A stretch of DNA of 64,000 bases from an uncultured Cetobacterium sp. (GCA_949293295.1 CASFCG010000016.1:78658-142657); one strand, 5' to 3'. Positions 8,731 to 20,169 are shown, numbered from the stretch's first letter. Translations and numbers: made by a program. The notes: generated by a model from the sequence alone, not told the origin.

Positions 8731-9777
8731 ATGAATAAAATTGAAAAAGGAAAAAAAATTGCTGTGGCCATGAGTGGAGGTGTTGACTCTTCAACTGTAG
8801 CATATTTACTGAAAAATCAAGGATATGAGATATTTGGTGTTACAATGAGAACTTTTTCCGAGGAAGACAGGGATGCAAAACAGATATGTGATGATTTGGG
8901 AATTGAACACCATGTATTAGATGTAAGAGATGAGTTTTCAAGAGAGGTAATTGATTATTTTGTAAATGAATATATGAATGGAAGAACTCCCAATCCATGT
9001 ATGATGTGCAACAAAAAGATAAAATTTGGTAAGCTTTTGGATTTTGCAGAGAAGATGGGGGCTGATTATCTTGCTACAGGGCACTATGCAAATATTGAGA
9101 ATGGGACATTGGTGATTGGAGAGGACACAAAGAAAGACCAAGTGTATTTTTTATCTCAAATCCCGAAAGAGAGATTAAAAAAGATAGTTTTTCCTATTGG
9201 AAAAATGGAGAAAACAGAACTTAGAAAATTAGCTTTCGAATTAGGAGTAAAAGTTCATAATAAAAAGGACTCTCAGGAGATATGTTTTGTAGAGGATGGA
9301 AAATTGAAAGAGTTTATTACTAAGTGGACAGGGGGAAAAGCACGAAAAAAAGGAAAAATAATTGATAGAAAAGGTAATATTCTGGGGGAACATTTAGGAC
9401 TTTCTTTTTACACAATTGGACAAAGAAAAGGATTGGGAATAGCTGCTCAAAGACCACTATATGTTTTGGAATTGAATAAAAAAAATAATACTGTTATTGT
9501 GGGAGAAAAAGAGGAGTTGGAAAGCAAAAAACTTATAGCTAATCAACTAAATCTTTTTATGTTTGATGAGATTTCAAAATTAGAAGCTCTAGAATGCTAT
9601 GTAAAGACTCGTTCTAAAGATAGTTTACATAGAGGAAAAATTAAAGTTTTAGATTCAAAAATGATAGAGATTGAGTTTGATGAAAAGATAAGAGCAATTA
9701 CGCCGGGACAAGGAGCAGTTTTATATACTAAAGATGGGAGAGTTATAGGAAGTTCTTTCATCGTTAGAGGAGAGTAG
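8731..9777 (+). CDS. mnmA: tRNA 2-thiouridine(34) synthase
   Basis: AMSGGVDS, TPNPCMMCN, ATGHY, DQVYFL, KDSQEICF, TIGQRKGLG, PGQ. Confidence 0.97.
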   Translation: MNKIEKGKKIAVAMSGGVDSSTVAYLLKNQGYEIFGVTMRTFSEEDRDAKQICDDLGIEHHVLDVRDEFSREVIDYFVNEYMNGRTPNPCMMCNKKIKFGKLLDFAEKMGADYLATGHYANIENGTLVIGEDTKKDQVYFLSQIPKERLKKIVFPIGKMEKTELRKLAFELGVKVHNKKDSQEICFVEDGKLKEFITKWTGGKARKKGKIIDRKGNILGEHLGLSFYTIGQRKGLGIAAQRPLYVLELNKKNNTVIVGEKEELESKKLIANQLNLFMFDEISKLEALECYVKTRSKDSLHRGKIKVLDSKMIEIEFDEKIRAITPGQGAVLYTKDGRVIGSSFIVRGE

Positions 9778-9862
9778 TAAAGGGATGGAAAGTTGATTTT
9801 ATTATAGAGATATGATAGAATTTAAAAAGTGTCATAACTATAAGGTTAAGGAGATGGTTTTT

Positions 9863-10594
9863 ATGGTTGAAAGAAAATATATTGCTCCAAATGCGATAAC
9901 AGCTGCAAATATGTTTTTAGGATATTTAAGTATAATAGCTTCCATATCTGGAGATTTTTCAAAAGCGATATGGTTTATAATATTGGCTATGGTTTGTGAT
10001 GGATTAGATGGTAAGACTGCAAGAAAATTAGATGCATTCAGTGAATTTGGAAAAGAGTTTGATTCGTTTTGTGATGCAATATCTTTTGGAATAGCACCAG
10101 CTATATTAGTATATAGTATTTTAAGTGGAACAACAGTGATAGGTATCCAGAATTTAAATGCGTTTTTAATTCCAATCTCTTTTATTTATGCTTTATGTGG
10201 AGTTATGAGGTTAGTGAAATTTAATATAATAACAACTGCCTCCAGTGAAAAGGATGATTTTAGCGGGATGCCGATTCCATCTGGGGCTTCGGTAGTGTGT
10301 TCATATATACTATTTGTAAAAGTAGTAAAGGATAATTTAGGAATAGATTTGTACTCTGTGGAAATTTTTATAGCTTTAACGTTACTAGCTGCAATTTTAA
10401 TGGTCAGTACAATACCATTTAAAACGCCAGATAAAGTTTTTAGTTTTATTCCAAAATCTTTATCAATCCCTTTTATAGTTTTGGTAGTTATAACTTTGAA
10501 GTACAGTATGTTTATAGTGACAAGTTATTATATTTTATATAATTTATTTGCTTTTTTCTATAATAGGGGAAAGAAAGAGAGCGATGAAGAGTAA
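9863..10594 (+). CDS. pssA: CDP-diacylglycerol--serine O-phosphatidyltransferase (CDP-alcohol phosphotransferase)
   Basis: PNAIT, DGLDGKTARKL...GKEFDSFCDAISFGIAP, RLVKFN, FSGMPIP. Start placed at ATG 9863 after AAGGAG. Confidence 0.88.
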   Translation: MVERKYIAPNAITAANMFLGYLSIIASISGDFSKAIWFIILAMVCDGLDGKTARKLDAFSEFGKEFDSFCDAISFGIAPAILVYSILSGTTVIGIQNLNAFLIPISFIYALCGVMRLVKFNIITTASSEKDDFSGMPIPSGASVVCSYILFVKVVKDNLGIDLYSVEIFIALTLLAAILMVSTIPFKTPDKVFSFIPKSLSIPFIVLVVITLKYSMFIVTSYYILYNLFAFFYNRGKKESDEE

Positions 10595-10616
10595 AAAAGT
10601 ATAGATAATTGTGATG

Positions 10617-10647
10617 AATTTGATGGTTTAAAAGCCATCAATTTTTT
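10617..10647 (+). terminator. Terminator after pssA
   Basis: TTGATGGTTT-aa-AAGCCATCAA hairpin followed by a T tract. Confidence 0.7.
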
Positions 10648-10876
10648 ATTTTTATCATGGAAAGAATTATTTTCCTAGCGTAGAATTATTTCAAACATAT
10701 GCGATGCCCTATTGTTTTTTATAAAAGAAAATGATACAATTAGAAGAACGTTGTATTTTTTACAAAGGAAATAAAAAAGTTGGAGTGGGATAAAGATAAC
10801 TTTAATACGGACTCTTTAAAAGCTCCAAAGTTTGTAATACAGAGAAAATAATGGTATAATTAGGTGGTAAGAATAG

Positions 10877-13054
10877 ATGAGTATATTGGATAGATTAAAT
10901 GAAAAGCAAAGAGAAGCAGCGGAAAAAATAGAAGGAGCTCTTTTGATATTAGCTGGTGCTGGTTCTGGAAAAACAAGAACAATAACGTATAGAATAGCTC
11001 ATATGGTAAAGGAGAAAGGGATATCACCATATAAAATATTGGCGGTTACTTTTACAAATAAAGCAGCAAGAGAGATGAAAGAGAGAGTGGAATCGCTTAT
11101 TGGTGATGAAGCCAAAAAATGTATGATAGCCACTTTTCACTCATTTGGTGTTAGATTGTTAAGAGCATATGGGACAAAATTAGGTTATGATGCGAATTTT
11201 ACTATTTATGATGTAGATGACCAAAAAAGAGTAGTGAAAGGAATACTAAAGGAGTTAGTAGTAGAGGATAAAAATTTAACTGAGGGTGTTATTGTATCTA
11301 AGATTTCAAAACTAAAAGAGGATGGAGTTACACCACAAGAATATGAGAAAGAAAGAAAATTTGATACGAATTATAAAATAGTTTTAGAGTGTTATAGAAG
11401 ATATAATGTGATATTGAAACAGAATAATGCAATGGATTTTTCAGATATTTTAGTGAATCTGTATGAGCTGTTGAAGATAGATGAGATTCTAGAAAAATTG
11501 CAAGATAAGTTTCAATACATAATGATAGATGAGTATCAAGATACGAATAATTTACAATATTTAATAGTTTCGAAACTTGCGGCTAAACATAGAAATATCT
11601 GTGTTGTTGGAGATGAAAATCAAAGTATCTATGGATTTAGAGGGGCGAATATACAAAATATTTTAGATTTTGAAAAGGATTATCCAGAAGCATTGATTGT
11701 GAAGTTGGAAGAGAATTATCGTTCAACGTCTGCGATTTTGACTGCAGCAAATGAAGTAATAAAGAATAATAAAACCTCCAAAGACAAGAAACTTTGGACT
11801 AGAAAAGAGATGGGAGAGTTAATAGCACTAAAACAGTGCAATGAAGCTAGGGAAGAGGTATACTATGTAGTTGAAGAGATTATAAAAAGAAAAAAAGAGG
11901 GAAGAAAGTATAAAGATTTTACTATATTGTATAGAACAAATGCTCAATCGAGGTTATTTGAAGAGGAATTTTTAAGATATGGTATTCCGTACAAGGTATT
12001 TGGTGGAGTGCAATTTTATCAAAGAGCGGAGATAAAAAATATTCTTGCTTATTTAAGTTTGATAAACAATCCTAAGGATGGTGTGAGTCTAAATAGAATA
12101 ATAAATGTACCTAAAAGAAAGATAGGAGATGCGACACTGAAGAAGATTGAGGAATATGCACAAGAGAGAAATATAACACTATTTGAGGCGATATTGGAGG
12201 CAGATAATATAAAACGGTTATCTGTGTCTAATAAGGTGGAATTGAATGAATTTGGTTCTTTAATAAAAAGATTGAATGAAGCGATGGAGACAAGTAGTGT
12301 AACCGAGATTTTTAATGAGATTATTAGTGGAATAGGGTACTATTCATATCTAAAATCAAATTATGGAGATGAAGCAGAAGCAAGGATAGAAAATGTAGAA
12401 GAGTTAAAGAGTTCAATAGTAGAGATGGAGCGAAAAACAGATTTTTTATCTTTGAAAGAGTATTTAGAGAATGTAGCTTTAGTTAGTGCAACTGATGATT
12501 TAGAGGAAAGTAGAGATTACGTTAAGTTAATGACGATTCACAACTCTAAGGGATTGGAGTTTCCGATTGTATTTTTAGTTGGAATGGAGGATGAGTTTTT
12601 TCCAGGGACTCGGAAAGTTGCATTTAATGAGGATGAATTGGAAGAGGAAAGAAGATTGTGTTATGTTGCAATAACTAGAGCAGAGGAGAAATTGTACGTA
12701 AGTTACGCTAATTTAAGAGTTGTTTATGGCAAAACAGAGGATAGACAAAAATCAAGATTTATAGATGAATTTCCACCAGAAACAATGGAGAAGTTTATTA
12801 TAAATACCCCGAAGATTATTGAGAGAAAAGAGCAAGAGAAAGTAAATTTAGGATTTAAAAAGTTAATAACAACAGATGATTTGAAGAGAAAAAATATAGA
12901 TACTCCGTTCAATTTGGGAGATAAAGTTATGCATATAAAATTTGGATTAGGAAATATTATTGAGATTACGGATAAAAAGATAGGAGTTCAGTTTCTTTCA
13001 GGAAAAAAAGATATTGCTTTGATACTAGCGACAAAGTTTTTGACTAAAATATAA
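10877..13054 (+). CDS. pcrA: ATP-dependent DNA helicase PcrA/UvrD
   Basis: AGAGSGKT, TFTNKAA, DEYQD, VGDENQSIYGFRGA, TIHNSKGLEF, EERRLCYVAITRA; C-terminal Tudor-like domain. Confidence 0.95.
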   Translation: MSILDRLNEKQREAAEKIEGALLILAGAGSGKTRTITYRIAHMVKEKGISPYKILAVTFTNKAAREMKERVESLIGDEAKKCMIATFHSFGVRLLRAYGTKLGYDANFTIYDVDDQKRVVKGILKELVVEDKNLTEGVIVSKISKLKEDGVTPQEYEKERKFDTNYKIVLECYRRYNVILKQNNAMDFSDILVNLYELLKIDEILEKLQDKFQYIMIDEYQDTNNLQYLIVSKLAAKHRNICVVGDENQSIYGFRGANIQNILDFEKDYPEALIVKLEENYRSTSAILTAANEVIKNNKTSKDKKLWTRKEMGELIALKQCNEAREEVYYVVEEIIKRKKEGRKYKDFTILYRTNAQSRLFEEEFLRYGIPYKVFGGVQFYQRAEIKNILAYLSLINNPKDGVSLNRIINVPKRKIGDATLKKIEEYAQERNITLFEAILEADNIKRLSVSNKVELNEFGSLIKRLNEAMETSSVTEIFNEIISGIGYYSYLKSNYGDEAEARIENVEELKSSIVEMERKTDFLSLKEYLENVALVSATDDLEESRDYVKLMTIHNSKGLEFPIVFLVGMEDEFFPGTRKVAFNEDELEEERRLCYVAITRAEEKLYVSYANLRVVYGKTEDRQKSRFIDEFPPETMEKFIINTPKIIERKEQEKVNLGFKKLITTDDLKRKNIDTPFNLGDKVMHIKFGLGNIIEITDKKIGVQFLSGKKDIALILATKFLTKI

Positions 13055-13074
13055 AGAGTTTGGAGAGAGTGTCT

Positions 13075-13899
13075 ATGAAGAGAAAAACAATAAGAAAAGA
13101 GGTTGGATATAGCGGAATAGGATTGCATAAAGGACAAAATATAGAGCTTAAGCTTTACCCTAGAAGAGAGGGAGGAATAGTTTTTAAGCGTGTTGATATG
13201 GAGGAGAAAAAAAATGAGATTTTCCTCTCTGTGGACAATACATTTGATTTAACAAGAGGAACAAATCTTAGAAATCAGTATGGAGCTGAAATTTATACAA
13301 TAGAGCATTTTTTATCCGCTTTATATATTTTAGGCGTCACAGATTTGACGGTTGAGGTCTCCGGAAATGAGCTGCCAATCTGTGAGGGTGATTCATTGAG
13401 ATTTGTAGAGTTGTTAGAGAGTGCAGGTTTAGAGGAATTAGAGGAAGAGTCTGAAGTATTAGAGATAAAGAAACCGATAAATTTAACAGTTGCAGATAAA
13501 CATATAATAGGACTTCCGTATGATGGATATAAGATAACGTACGTGATAGATTTTAACCATAGCTTTTTAAAAACTCAGACTTATGAGATAGAATTAAATG
13601 TAGAGAGTTATAAAAAGGAGATAGCTAGAGCTAGAACTTTCTGTTTTGATTATGAGATTGAATATCTTCAAAAAAATAGTTTGGCACTAGGAGGAAGTCT
13701 AGAAAATGCAATTGTAATAAAAAAAGATGGAGTTTTAAATCAGGATGGATTGAGATTTGAAAATGAGTTTGTAAGACATAAAATTCTTGATTTAATAGGC
13801 GATTTGAAAGTTTCAAACAAACAGATAAAGGGTCATATAATAGCTATAAAAGCTGGACATGCTTTAAACATAGAGTTTTTGAAAAAATTAGAGAATTAG
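13075..13899 (+). CDS. lpxC: UDP-3-O-acyl-N-acetylglucosamine deacetylase
   Basis: GIGLHKG, TIEHFLSA, IARARTF, GGSLENA, RHKILDLIGDL, GHALN. Start at ATG 13075. Confidence 0.96.
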   Translation: MKRKTIRKEVGYSGIGLHKGQNIELKLYPRREGGIVFKRVDMEEKKNEIFLSVDNTFDLTRGTNLRNQYGAEIYTIEHFLSALYILGVTDLTVEVSGNELPICEGDSLRFVELLESAGLEELEEESEVLEIKKPINLTVADKHIIGLPYDGYKITYVIDFNHSFLKTQTYEIELNVESYKKEIARARTFCFDYEIEYLQKNSLALGGSLENAIVIKKDGVLNQDGLRFENEFVRHKILDLIGDLKVSNKQIKGHIIAIKAGHALNIEFLKKLEN

Positions 13900-13908
13900 G
13901 AGGAAAAA

Positions 13909-14334
13909 ATGTTAAACGTAATGGAAATAATGAAAAGAATACCACATAGATATCCTTTTTTGTTAGTGGATAGAATATTGGAGCAAAACAAAGAGGAAGG
14001 TATTATAACGGGGTTAAAAAATGTAACTATCAATGAAGAGTTTTTTAATGGACATTTTCCTGAACATCCTATAATGCCAGGAGTTTTAATCGTAGAGGGA
14101 ATGGCACAATGCTTAGGAGTATTGGTTATGAGTGAAGATGAGCAGAAAGTGCCATATTTTGCAGCGATAGAGGGAGTGAAATTTAAAGCTCCTGTAAGAC
14201 CAGGGGATCAGCTGATTTATGAAGGAAAGATTGAAAAAATGAGAAGAAATATAGTAAAAGCGAAAGCAGTAGCGAAAGTAAATGGCGTAGTTGTAACGGA
14301 GGCATCATTTACATTCTCAGTAATGGATAAGTAG
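13909..14334 (+). CDS. fabZ: 3-hydroxyacyl-ACP dehydratase
   Basis: PHRYPFLLVD, FFNGHFP, MPGVLIVEGMAQ. Confidence 0.98.
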   Translation: MLNVMEIMKRIPHRYPFLLVDRILEQNKEEGIITGLKNVTINEEFFNGHFPEHPIMPGVLIVEGMAQCLGVLVMSEDEQKVPYFAAIEGVKFKAPVRPGDQLIYEGKIEKMRRNIVKAKAVAKVNGVVVTEASFTFSVMDK

Positions 14335-14348
14335 AAAGTGTAGGGTGA

Positions 14349-15128
14349 ATGAGAGTGAATAATATTCATAAAACGGCGATAATAGAAGAGGGAGCAAGGA
14401 TAGAAGATGGAGTTAAAATAGGTCCATACTGTGTAATTGGCAAAGATGTTACTATAAAGAAAAATACAGTTTTGCAGTCTCATGTAGTTGTGGATGGGAT
14501 TACAGAGATTGGAGAGGGAAATACAATATATTCTTTTGTTTCAATAGGTAAGGTTCCACAGGATTTGAAATATAAGAATGAAGCAACAAAGACGATAATT
14601 GGAAATAATAACACGATAAGGGAGTTTGTGACGATTCATAGAGGAACTGATGATAGGTGGGAGACTAGAATAGGCGATAACAATCTGCTAATGGCGTACG
14701 TTCATGTGGCACATGATGTAATAATAGGGAATAATTGCATATTGGCAAATAGTGTAAATTTAGCGGGACATATTACAGTGGATGATTTTGCTATAATTGG
14801 TGGGATGACTCCTGTTCATCAGTTTTGTAGAATTGGTTCTTATTCCATGATAGGTGGAGGTAGTGCGGTTAATCAGGATATTTGTCCATTTATGATGGCT
14901 GAAGGGAATAAAGCTGTTATAAGAGGGTTGAATACTGTTGGACTTGTTCGAAGAGGATTTAGTGAGAAAGAGAGAGCAAATTTGAAAAGAGTTCACAAGA
15001 TAATATTTAGAAGTGGACTTTTACTAAAAGATGCAATAAAGCAAGTTGAAAAAGAGTTTCCTAATGATAAAAATATAAAATATTTGATTGAGTTTATAAA
15101 TGCAAGTAGCAGGGGGATAACAAGATAA
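14349..15128 (+). CDS. lpxA: UDP-N-acetylglucosamine O-acyltransferase
   Basis: Hexapeptide repeats, PQDLKY, IREFVTIHRGT, HVAHD, VHQFCRIG. Confidence 0.97.
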   Translation: MRVNNIHKTAIIEEGARIEDGVKIGPYCVIGKDVTIKKNTVLQSHVVVDGITEIGEGNTIYSFVSIGKVPQDLKYKNEATKTIIGNNNTIREFVTIHRGTDDRWETRIGDNNLLMAYVHVAHDVIIGNNCILANSVNLAGHITVDDFAIIGGMTPVHQFCRIGSYSMIGGGSAVNQDICPFMMAEGNKAVIRGLNTVGLVRRGFSEKERANLKRVHKIIFRSGLLLKDAIKQVEKEFPNDKNIKYLIEFINASSRGITR

Positions 15129-15931
15129 TGAGAAAAGTTGGAATAATAGCGGGGAATGGAAAATTACCGCTATATTTCTTAAAAGAAGCAAAGCAGCAGA
15201 ATATAGAACCTTACATAATAGGAATATTGGAAACTATTGATGAAAAGTTAAAGGCTAACGAAAGATATTTTAAATTCAATATTGGTGAAGTTGGAAGAAT
15301 AGTAAAGTTCTTGATTAAGAATGATATAAAAGAGGTCGTTCTTTTGGGAAAAGTTGAAAAAGCAACCATTTTTCAGGATTTGAAATTGGATAGTTATGGT
15401 GAAAAAATTTTAAATAAGCTTCCTGATAGAAAAGATGAGACTATATTGTTTGGTGTGATTGCTTTTTTTAGGTTGAATGGGATAAAAGTTCTTCCACAAA
15501 ATTATCTTTTATCCTCTTTAATGTTTAAAGAGAAAGAATATACAAGTGTTAAGCCGAATTTTGAGGAGTTAAAAACGATAAAATTAGGAGTGGAAGCAGC
15601 TAAGAGATTGAGTGAATTGGATATTGGGCAAACTATTGTATGTAAAGATAGCTCTGTTGTTGCATTAGAAGGAATAGAGGGAACGGATAAAACTATTGAA
15701 AGAGCTGGAAAATATGCCGGCAAGAATTGCATAATTATAAAGATGTCGCGACCTCAACAAGATATGAGAGTAGATGTTCCTACAGTCGGATTAAATACGA
15801 TAAAAAAAGCAATAGAGATTGGAGCTAGAGGTATAGTTGTAGAAGCGAATAAAATGTTATTTTTAGATTCAGAAGATTCTATCAGGTTAGCAGAACAGAA
15901 TAATTTTTTTATTATTGGAGTGAAAATATGA
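15128..15931 (+). CDS. lpxI: UDP-2,3-diacylglucosamine diphosphatase
   Basis: GIIAGNGKLP, DIGQT, ALEGIEGTD, QDMRVDVPTVG; lies between lpxA and lpxB. Confidence 0.93.
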   Translation: MRKVGIIAGNGKLPLYFLKEAKQQNIEPYIIGILETIDEKLKANERYFKFNIGEVGRIVKFLIKNDIKEVVLLGKVEKATIFQDLKLDSYGEKILNKLPDRKDETILFGVIAFFRLNGIKVLPQNYLLSSLMFKEKEYTSVKPNFEELKTIKLGVEAAKRLSELDIGQTIVCKDSSVVALEGIEGTDKTIERAGKYAGKNCIIIKMSRPQQDMRVDVPTVGLNTIKKAIEIGARGIVVEANKMLFLDSEDSIRLAEQNNFFIIGVKI

Positions 15932-17004
15932 AAATATTTGTTTCAAGTGGCGAGGTATCTGGAGATTTACATCTCTCTTATCTTGTAAAGAAAGCAAAAG
16001 AAATAGATAGAACCGTTGAGTTTGTTGGGGTCGCTGGAGCCAATTCAAGAGAAGCAGGTGTAAAAATTATACAAGATATAGATGAGTTAGCTGTGATGGG
16101 ATTTGTTCAAGCTTTACAAAAATACAGTTTTTTAAAGAAAAAGGCGACCGAATACTTAGAGTATATAAAAATTGAAAAGATAAAGAAAGTTATTTTGGTT
16201 GATTATGGTGGTTTTAATTTAAAGTTTTTAGAGTTGTTAAAAAAAGAGATAAAAGATATAGAGGTGTGTTTTTATATTCCACCAAAACTTTGGATATGGG
16301 GAGAAAAAAGAGTGGAAAAATTAAGACTAGCAGACCATATTATGGTGATTTTTCCCTGGGAAGTTGACTTTTATAAAAAACACGGAATAGATGTGATATA
16401 TTATGGAAATCCTTTTACAGAAAAATATAAGATAGTTGAAAGGGTGGAGAAAAAGATATTACTGTTGCCAGGAAGTAGAAAGCAAGAGATAGAAAGATTG
16501 ATGCCAGAGTTTTTGAAATTGGTAGAGAATAATCCTAATGAAAATTATTTATTAAAGCTTGTTTCTAAGGATAATTTGAAATGGATAAAAGAGAATTTGA
16601 AAAATTATAAAAATTTAGAGATAGTATGGGAAAGTTCTCTTGAAGAGGTTGTGAAACAAGCAAAAATAGCCATTGCAACGTCGGGAACTGTAACTTTGGA
16701 GTTAGCTTTGATGGCTGTTCCCACAATAGTTGTCTATAAGACTGGAGTTTTGAACTATTTGATAGCAAAGTATATTTTAAAGGTCGGATATGTATCCTTA
16801 CCAAATTTAACTTTGAATGAGGAGGTTTTTCCAGAATTATTGCAAGATAGATGTAATGCTAAAGAGATTGAAAAGAATATAGTGTTAATGGCGGAGAGAA
16901 AACAGGAGATAAAAGACAAAATAAAGATGATAATAGAGCGGTTGTCAGGGACTAATATCCTAGAACAGTATTCAAGTTTTTTATTGAAAGGAAAATTAGA
17001 ATGA
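15928..17004 (+). CDS. lpxB: Lipid-A-disaccharide synthase
   Basis: GEVSGD, VDYGGFN, LPGSRKQE, SGTVTLE, SLPN, PELLQ. Confidence 0.96.
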   Translation: MKIFVSSGEVSGDLHLSYLVKKAKEIDRTVEFVGVAGANSREAGVKIIQDIDELAVMGFVQALQKYSFLKKKATEYLEYIKIEKIKKVILVDYGGFNLKFLELLKKEIKDIEVCFYIPPKLWIWGEKRVEKLRLADHIMVIFPWEVDFYKKHGIDVIYYGNPFTEKYKIVERVEKKILLLPGSRKQEIERLMPEFLKLVENNPNENYLLKLVSKDNLKWIKENLKNYKNLEIVWESSLEEVVKQAKIAIATSGTVTLELALMAVPTIVVYKTGVLNYLIAKYILKVGYVSLPNLTLNEEVFPELLQDRCNAKEIEKNIVLMAERKQEIKDKIKMIIERLSGTNILEQYSSFLLKGKLE

Positions 17005-18794
17005 AAAGGAATATAATTGAGTTTTTTCAGAGTAAATCTTTAAAAAAATTCTTCAAGTATAGTCTAAAATATAAGTTTAGTATGGTAATGTTATTAGTTT
17101 TTACAACAATTACTTCTCTTATGAGTGCTGTACCAGCTTGGCTTAGTAAATATTTGATTGATGATGTACTAAGTGAAAATAACAGAACATCTGCAGAATA
17201 TAAAATAAAAATGATGGGAATGGTTATAGGAGCGATAGTTATAAGTACAGTAGTAAAAGTATTGACAAACTATTTTTCGGAAACTAAATCGGTTTATTTG
17301 AGTGAGAATGTAAAAAGAGATATAAAAATTGATGTTTTTTCACATCTTCAAAAATTACCGTTGTCTTTTTATAAGAAAAATAAGTTGGGAGATATAATGA
17401 CGAGACTCTCTACTGATTCGGCGACAGTTGGAAAGATAGGATTTATTATATTTGAATTATTAAAAGAAGCTATAATAGTAGTAGCTCTTTTAGGAAAGAT
17501 GTTTCAAGTTGATATAGTACTGGCTTTCGTTTCAATAACTGTTTTACCGGCAATATTGGGAATAGTGAAAAAGTATACAAAAAAGATAAGGAAGTCTGGA
17601 AGAGAGAGACAAAATGTCATTGGAGATGTAAACTCATTTGTTCAAGAAATGTTGTTGGGAATCGGTGTTATCAAAGGATTTAATAAAGGTGAAAAAATCA
17701 TTGATATCTATAAGAGAAAGACGGAAGAGGAGCTAGATAGAGTTTATAGAACTAGTAAAATTATTGCAAAAATCTCTCCAATAAATGAGGTTTTAGCAAC
17801 TTTAATGATAGCTTTAGTGGCTGGATATGGAGGATATCAGATATTGATTGCAAAAACAATAACTTCTGGGGACTTGGTGTCCTTTATAACAGCAATAGGG
17901 TTAATGCAACAACCTTTAAAGGTGTTGATAAAAAGAAATGCTGAACTACAGGAGATATTACCTTCAGCGGATAGAGTTATAGAGATATTTGATGTATCAA
18001 TAGAGTTAGACCATGTAGGAGAATTAAAAGAGTGTGTAGAAAGAGTTGAAACAATATCTTTTAAGAGTGTAAAATTCAAGTATGATGATTCTGATGAGAT
18101 GGTTTTAAAGGATTTTAATTTAGATGTAAAATCTGGAGAGGTGATTGCATTAGTTGGAAAAAGTGGAAGTGGAAAAACAACATTAGTAAACTTATTGCCA
18201 CGGTACTATGATGTAACTTCTGGAGCGATATTGGTAAACAATATTGATATTAGACAGATGAGTCTAAAAAAATATAGAAATCACATAGGAGTGGTTCCAC
18301 AAGAGACATTTCTATTTAGTGGAACAATCGGAGAAAATATAGCTTTTGGTAGAGAAGGGGCAACAGAGGAAGAGGTCATAAAAGCTTCTAAGATGGCTAA
18401 TGCATATGAGTTTATTATGGAATTAAAAGATGGATTTAACACAGAAATAGGAGAGAGAGGTGTTCTTCTTTCGGGAGGGCAGAAACAGAGGATAGCTATA
18501 GCTAGAGCTCTTCTGCAAAATCCGTCAATAATGATACTTGATGAAGCTACTTCAGCATTGGATACAGAGTCAGAAAGATTAGTACAAGAGGCTCTTGATA
18601 CTCTAATGAAAGGGCGTACAACGTTTGTAATAGCTCACAGATTGTCTACAATAATAAATGCTGATAAAATAGTTGTTATGGATAAAGGAGTGATAAAAGA
18701 GGTAGGAATACATGAAGAGTTATTAAAACGAGATGGAATATATAAGAAATTATACGAGATTCAGTTTGGAAAAATTGAAAAAATTGTAAGATGA
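17001..18794 (+). CDS. msbA: Lipid A export ABC transporter (TMD plus NBD)
   Basis: Six-TM domain, GKSGSGKT, LSGGQKQR, LDEATSALD; lipid A operon context. Confidence 0.85.
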   Translation: MKRNIIEFFQSKSLKKFFKYSLKYKFSMVMLLVFTTITSLMSAVPAWLSKYLIDDVLSENNRTSAEYKIKMMGMVIGAIVISTVVKVLTNYFSETKSVYLSENVKRDIKIDVFSHLQKLPLSFYKKNKLGDIMTRLSTDSATVGKIGFIIFELLKEAIIVVALLGKMFQVDIVLAFVSITVLPAILGIVKKYTKKIRKSGRERQNVIGDVNSFVQEMLLGIGVIKGFNKGEKIIDIYKRKTEEELDRVYRTSKIIAKISPINEVLATLMIALVAGYGGYQILIAKTITSGDLVSFITAIGLMQQPLKVLIKRNAELQEILPSADRVIEIFDVSIELDHVGELKECVERVETISFKSVKFKYDDSDEMVLKDFNLDVKSGEVIALVGKSGSGKTTLVNLLPRYYDVTSGAILVNNIDIRQMSLKKYRNHIGVVPQETFLFSGTIGENIAFGREGATEEEVIKASKMANAYEFIMELKDGFNTEIGERGVLLSGGQKQRIAIARALLQNPSIMILDEATSALDTESERLVQEALDTLMKGRTTFVIAHRLSTIINADKIVVMDKGVIKEVGIHEELLKRDGIYKKLYEIQFGKIEKIVR

Positions 18795-18805
18795 AAGGAT
18801 AATTT

Positions 18806-19540
18806 ATGCTGAGAGTAGATAAAAGAAAAGTTGACGAAAAGAGAGAGGTTAAGATAACTCGAGATTATACTGTATATGCTGAGGGAAGTGTATTAATAGA
18901 GGTAGGAGCAACAAAAGTTATTTGTACAGCGTCGGTTGTTGATAAGGTGCCACCTTTTTTGAAAAATCAAGGAAAAGGGTGGATAACTGCTGAATATTCA
19001 ATGTTACCGAGAGCTACACAAGATAGAAATCAAAGAGAATCGGCAAAAGGTAAATTAAGCGGGAGAACAATGGAGATACAGAGGCTAATAGGAAGAGCAC
19101 TAAGAGCATGTTTAGATTTAGAAAAGCTGGGAGAGCGAACTATTACAATAGATTGCGATGTAATTCAGGCAGATGGAGGAACAAGAACAGCCTCAATAAC
19201 GGGAGGATATATAGCTTTAGAGATGGCGATAAGAAGATTAATAGAGCAAGGAGCATTATCAGAAAATCCTTTGATTTCCAATGTTGCTGCAGTTTCAGTA
19301 GGAATTGTAAAAGGACAAGAATTATTAGATTTATCATATGTAGAGGATTTTGAAGCAGAGGTTGATATGAATATAGTAATGAATGAAAAAGGAGAGTTTA
19401 TAGAGATACAAGGAACAGGAGAGGAATCTACATATACAAGAGCTCAGTTAGATACACTATTAAAACTTGCTGAAAAGGGAATAGCTGAATTGATAGAGAT
19501 ACAGAAGAGAGAGATAAAGGAGTGTTTTGAAGGATGTTAA
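18806..19540 (+). CDS. rph: Ribonuclease PH
   Basis: [46 protein letters not shown]. Confidence 0.98.
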   Translation: MLRVDKRKVDEKREVKITRDYTVYAEGSVLIEVGATKVICTASVVDKVPPFLKNQGKGWITAEYSMLPRATQDRNQRESAKGKLSGRTMEIQRLIGRALRACLDLEKLGERTITIDCDVIQADGGTRTASITGGYIALEMAIRRLIEQGALSENPLISNVAAVSVGIVKGQELLDLSYVEDFEAEVDMNIVMNEKGEFIEIQGTGEESTYTRAQLDTLLKLAEKGIAELIEIQKREIKECFEGC

Positions 19541-20130
19541 AGATTCTTTTAGCTACAGGAAATAGAAAAAAAGTTGATGAAATGAAAGTGATATTATCAG
19601 ATAGTAATTTAGAAGTTTTCTCTATGAATGATGGAATTAAAATTCCAGATGTAGAAGAGGATGGAGATAGTTTTGAAGAAAATTCTAAAAAGAAAGCATT
19701 AGAAATAGCTAAAGCAACTGGAATGGTAACGATAGCGGATGACTCTGGCTTGTGTGTAGAGGCTTTAGATGGAGAACCAGGTGTTTATTCCGCCAGATAT
19801 TCTGGAGAGAATGCAACAGATTTGGAGAATAATAAAAAACTAATACAAAGGTTAAAAGGAATAGAAAATAGAAAAGCCAAATTTATTACAGTAATCACTT
19901 TGGGAACACCTGATGGAAAAAGCTTTTCATTTAAAGGAGAGATAGAGGGAGTAATCATAGATGAAGCAAGAGGGAATAAGGGGTTTGGATATGACCCTCA
20001 TTTCTATCTTCCTGATTATGAAAAAACATTTGCAGAGATACCAGAAATAAAAAATAAAATTAGTCACAGAGCAAGAGCTTTAGAGGCTTTAAAAAAAGAT
20101 ATCAATAACTTGTTAAAAAAGCTAATCTAA
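19534..20130 (+). CDS. rdgB: Non-canonical purine NTP (XTP/dITP) pyrophosphatase
   Basis: [32 protein letters not shown]; overlaps the rph stop. Confidence 0.96.
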   Translation: MLKILLATGNRKKVDEMKVILSDSNLEVFSMNDGIKIPDVEEDGDSFEENSKKKALEIAKATGMVTIADDSGLCVEALDGEPGVYSARYSGENATDLENNKKLIQRLKGIENRKAKFITVITLGTPDGKSFSFKGEIEGVIIDEARGNKGFGYDPHFYLPDYEKTFAEIPEIKNKISHRARALEALKKDINNLLKKLI

Positions 20131-20169
20131 ATTATAGGTTGGCTTTTTTAAAAAATTATAGGAGAGATT

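Noticed and set aside
10730-10860. TTGGAG...CTCCAA pairing in the pcrA upstream region as a structured RNA
   Set aside because: Only about 6-7 bp of pairing and no terminator; better explained as tandem promoter DNA.
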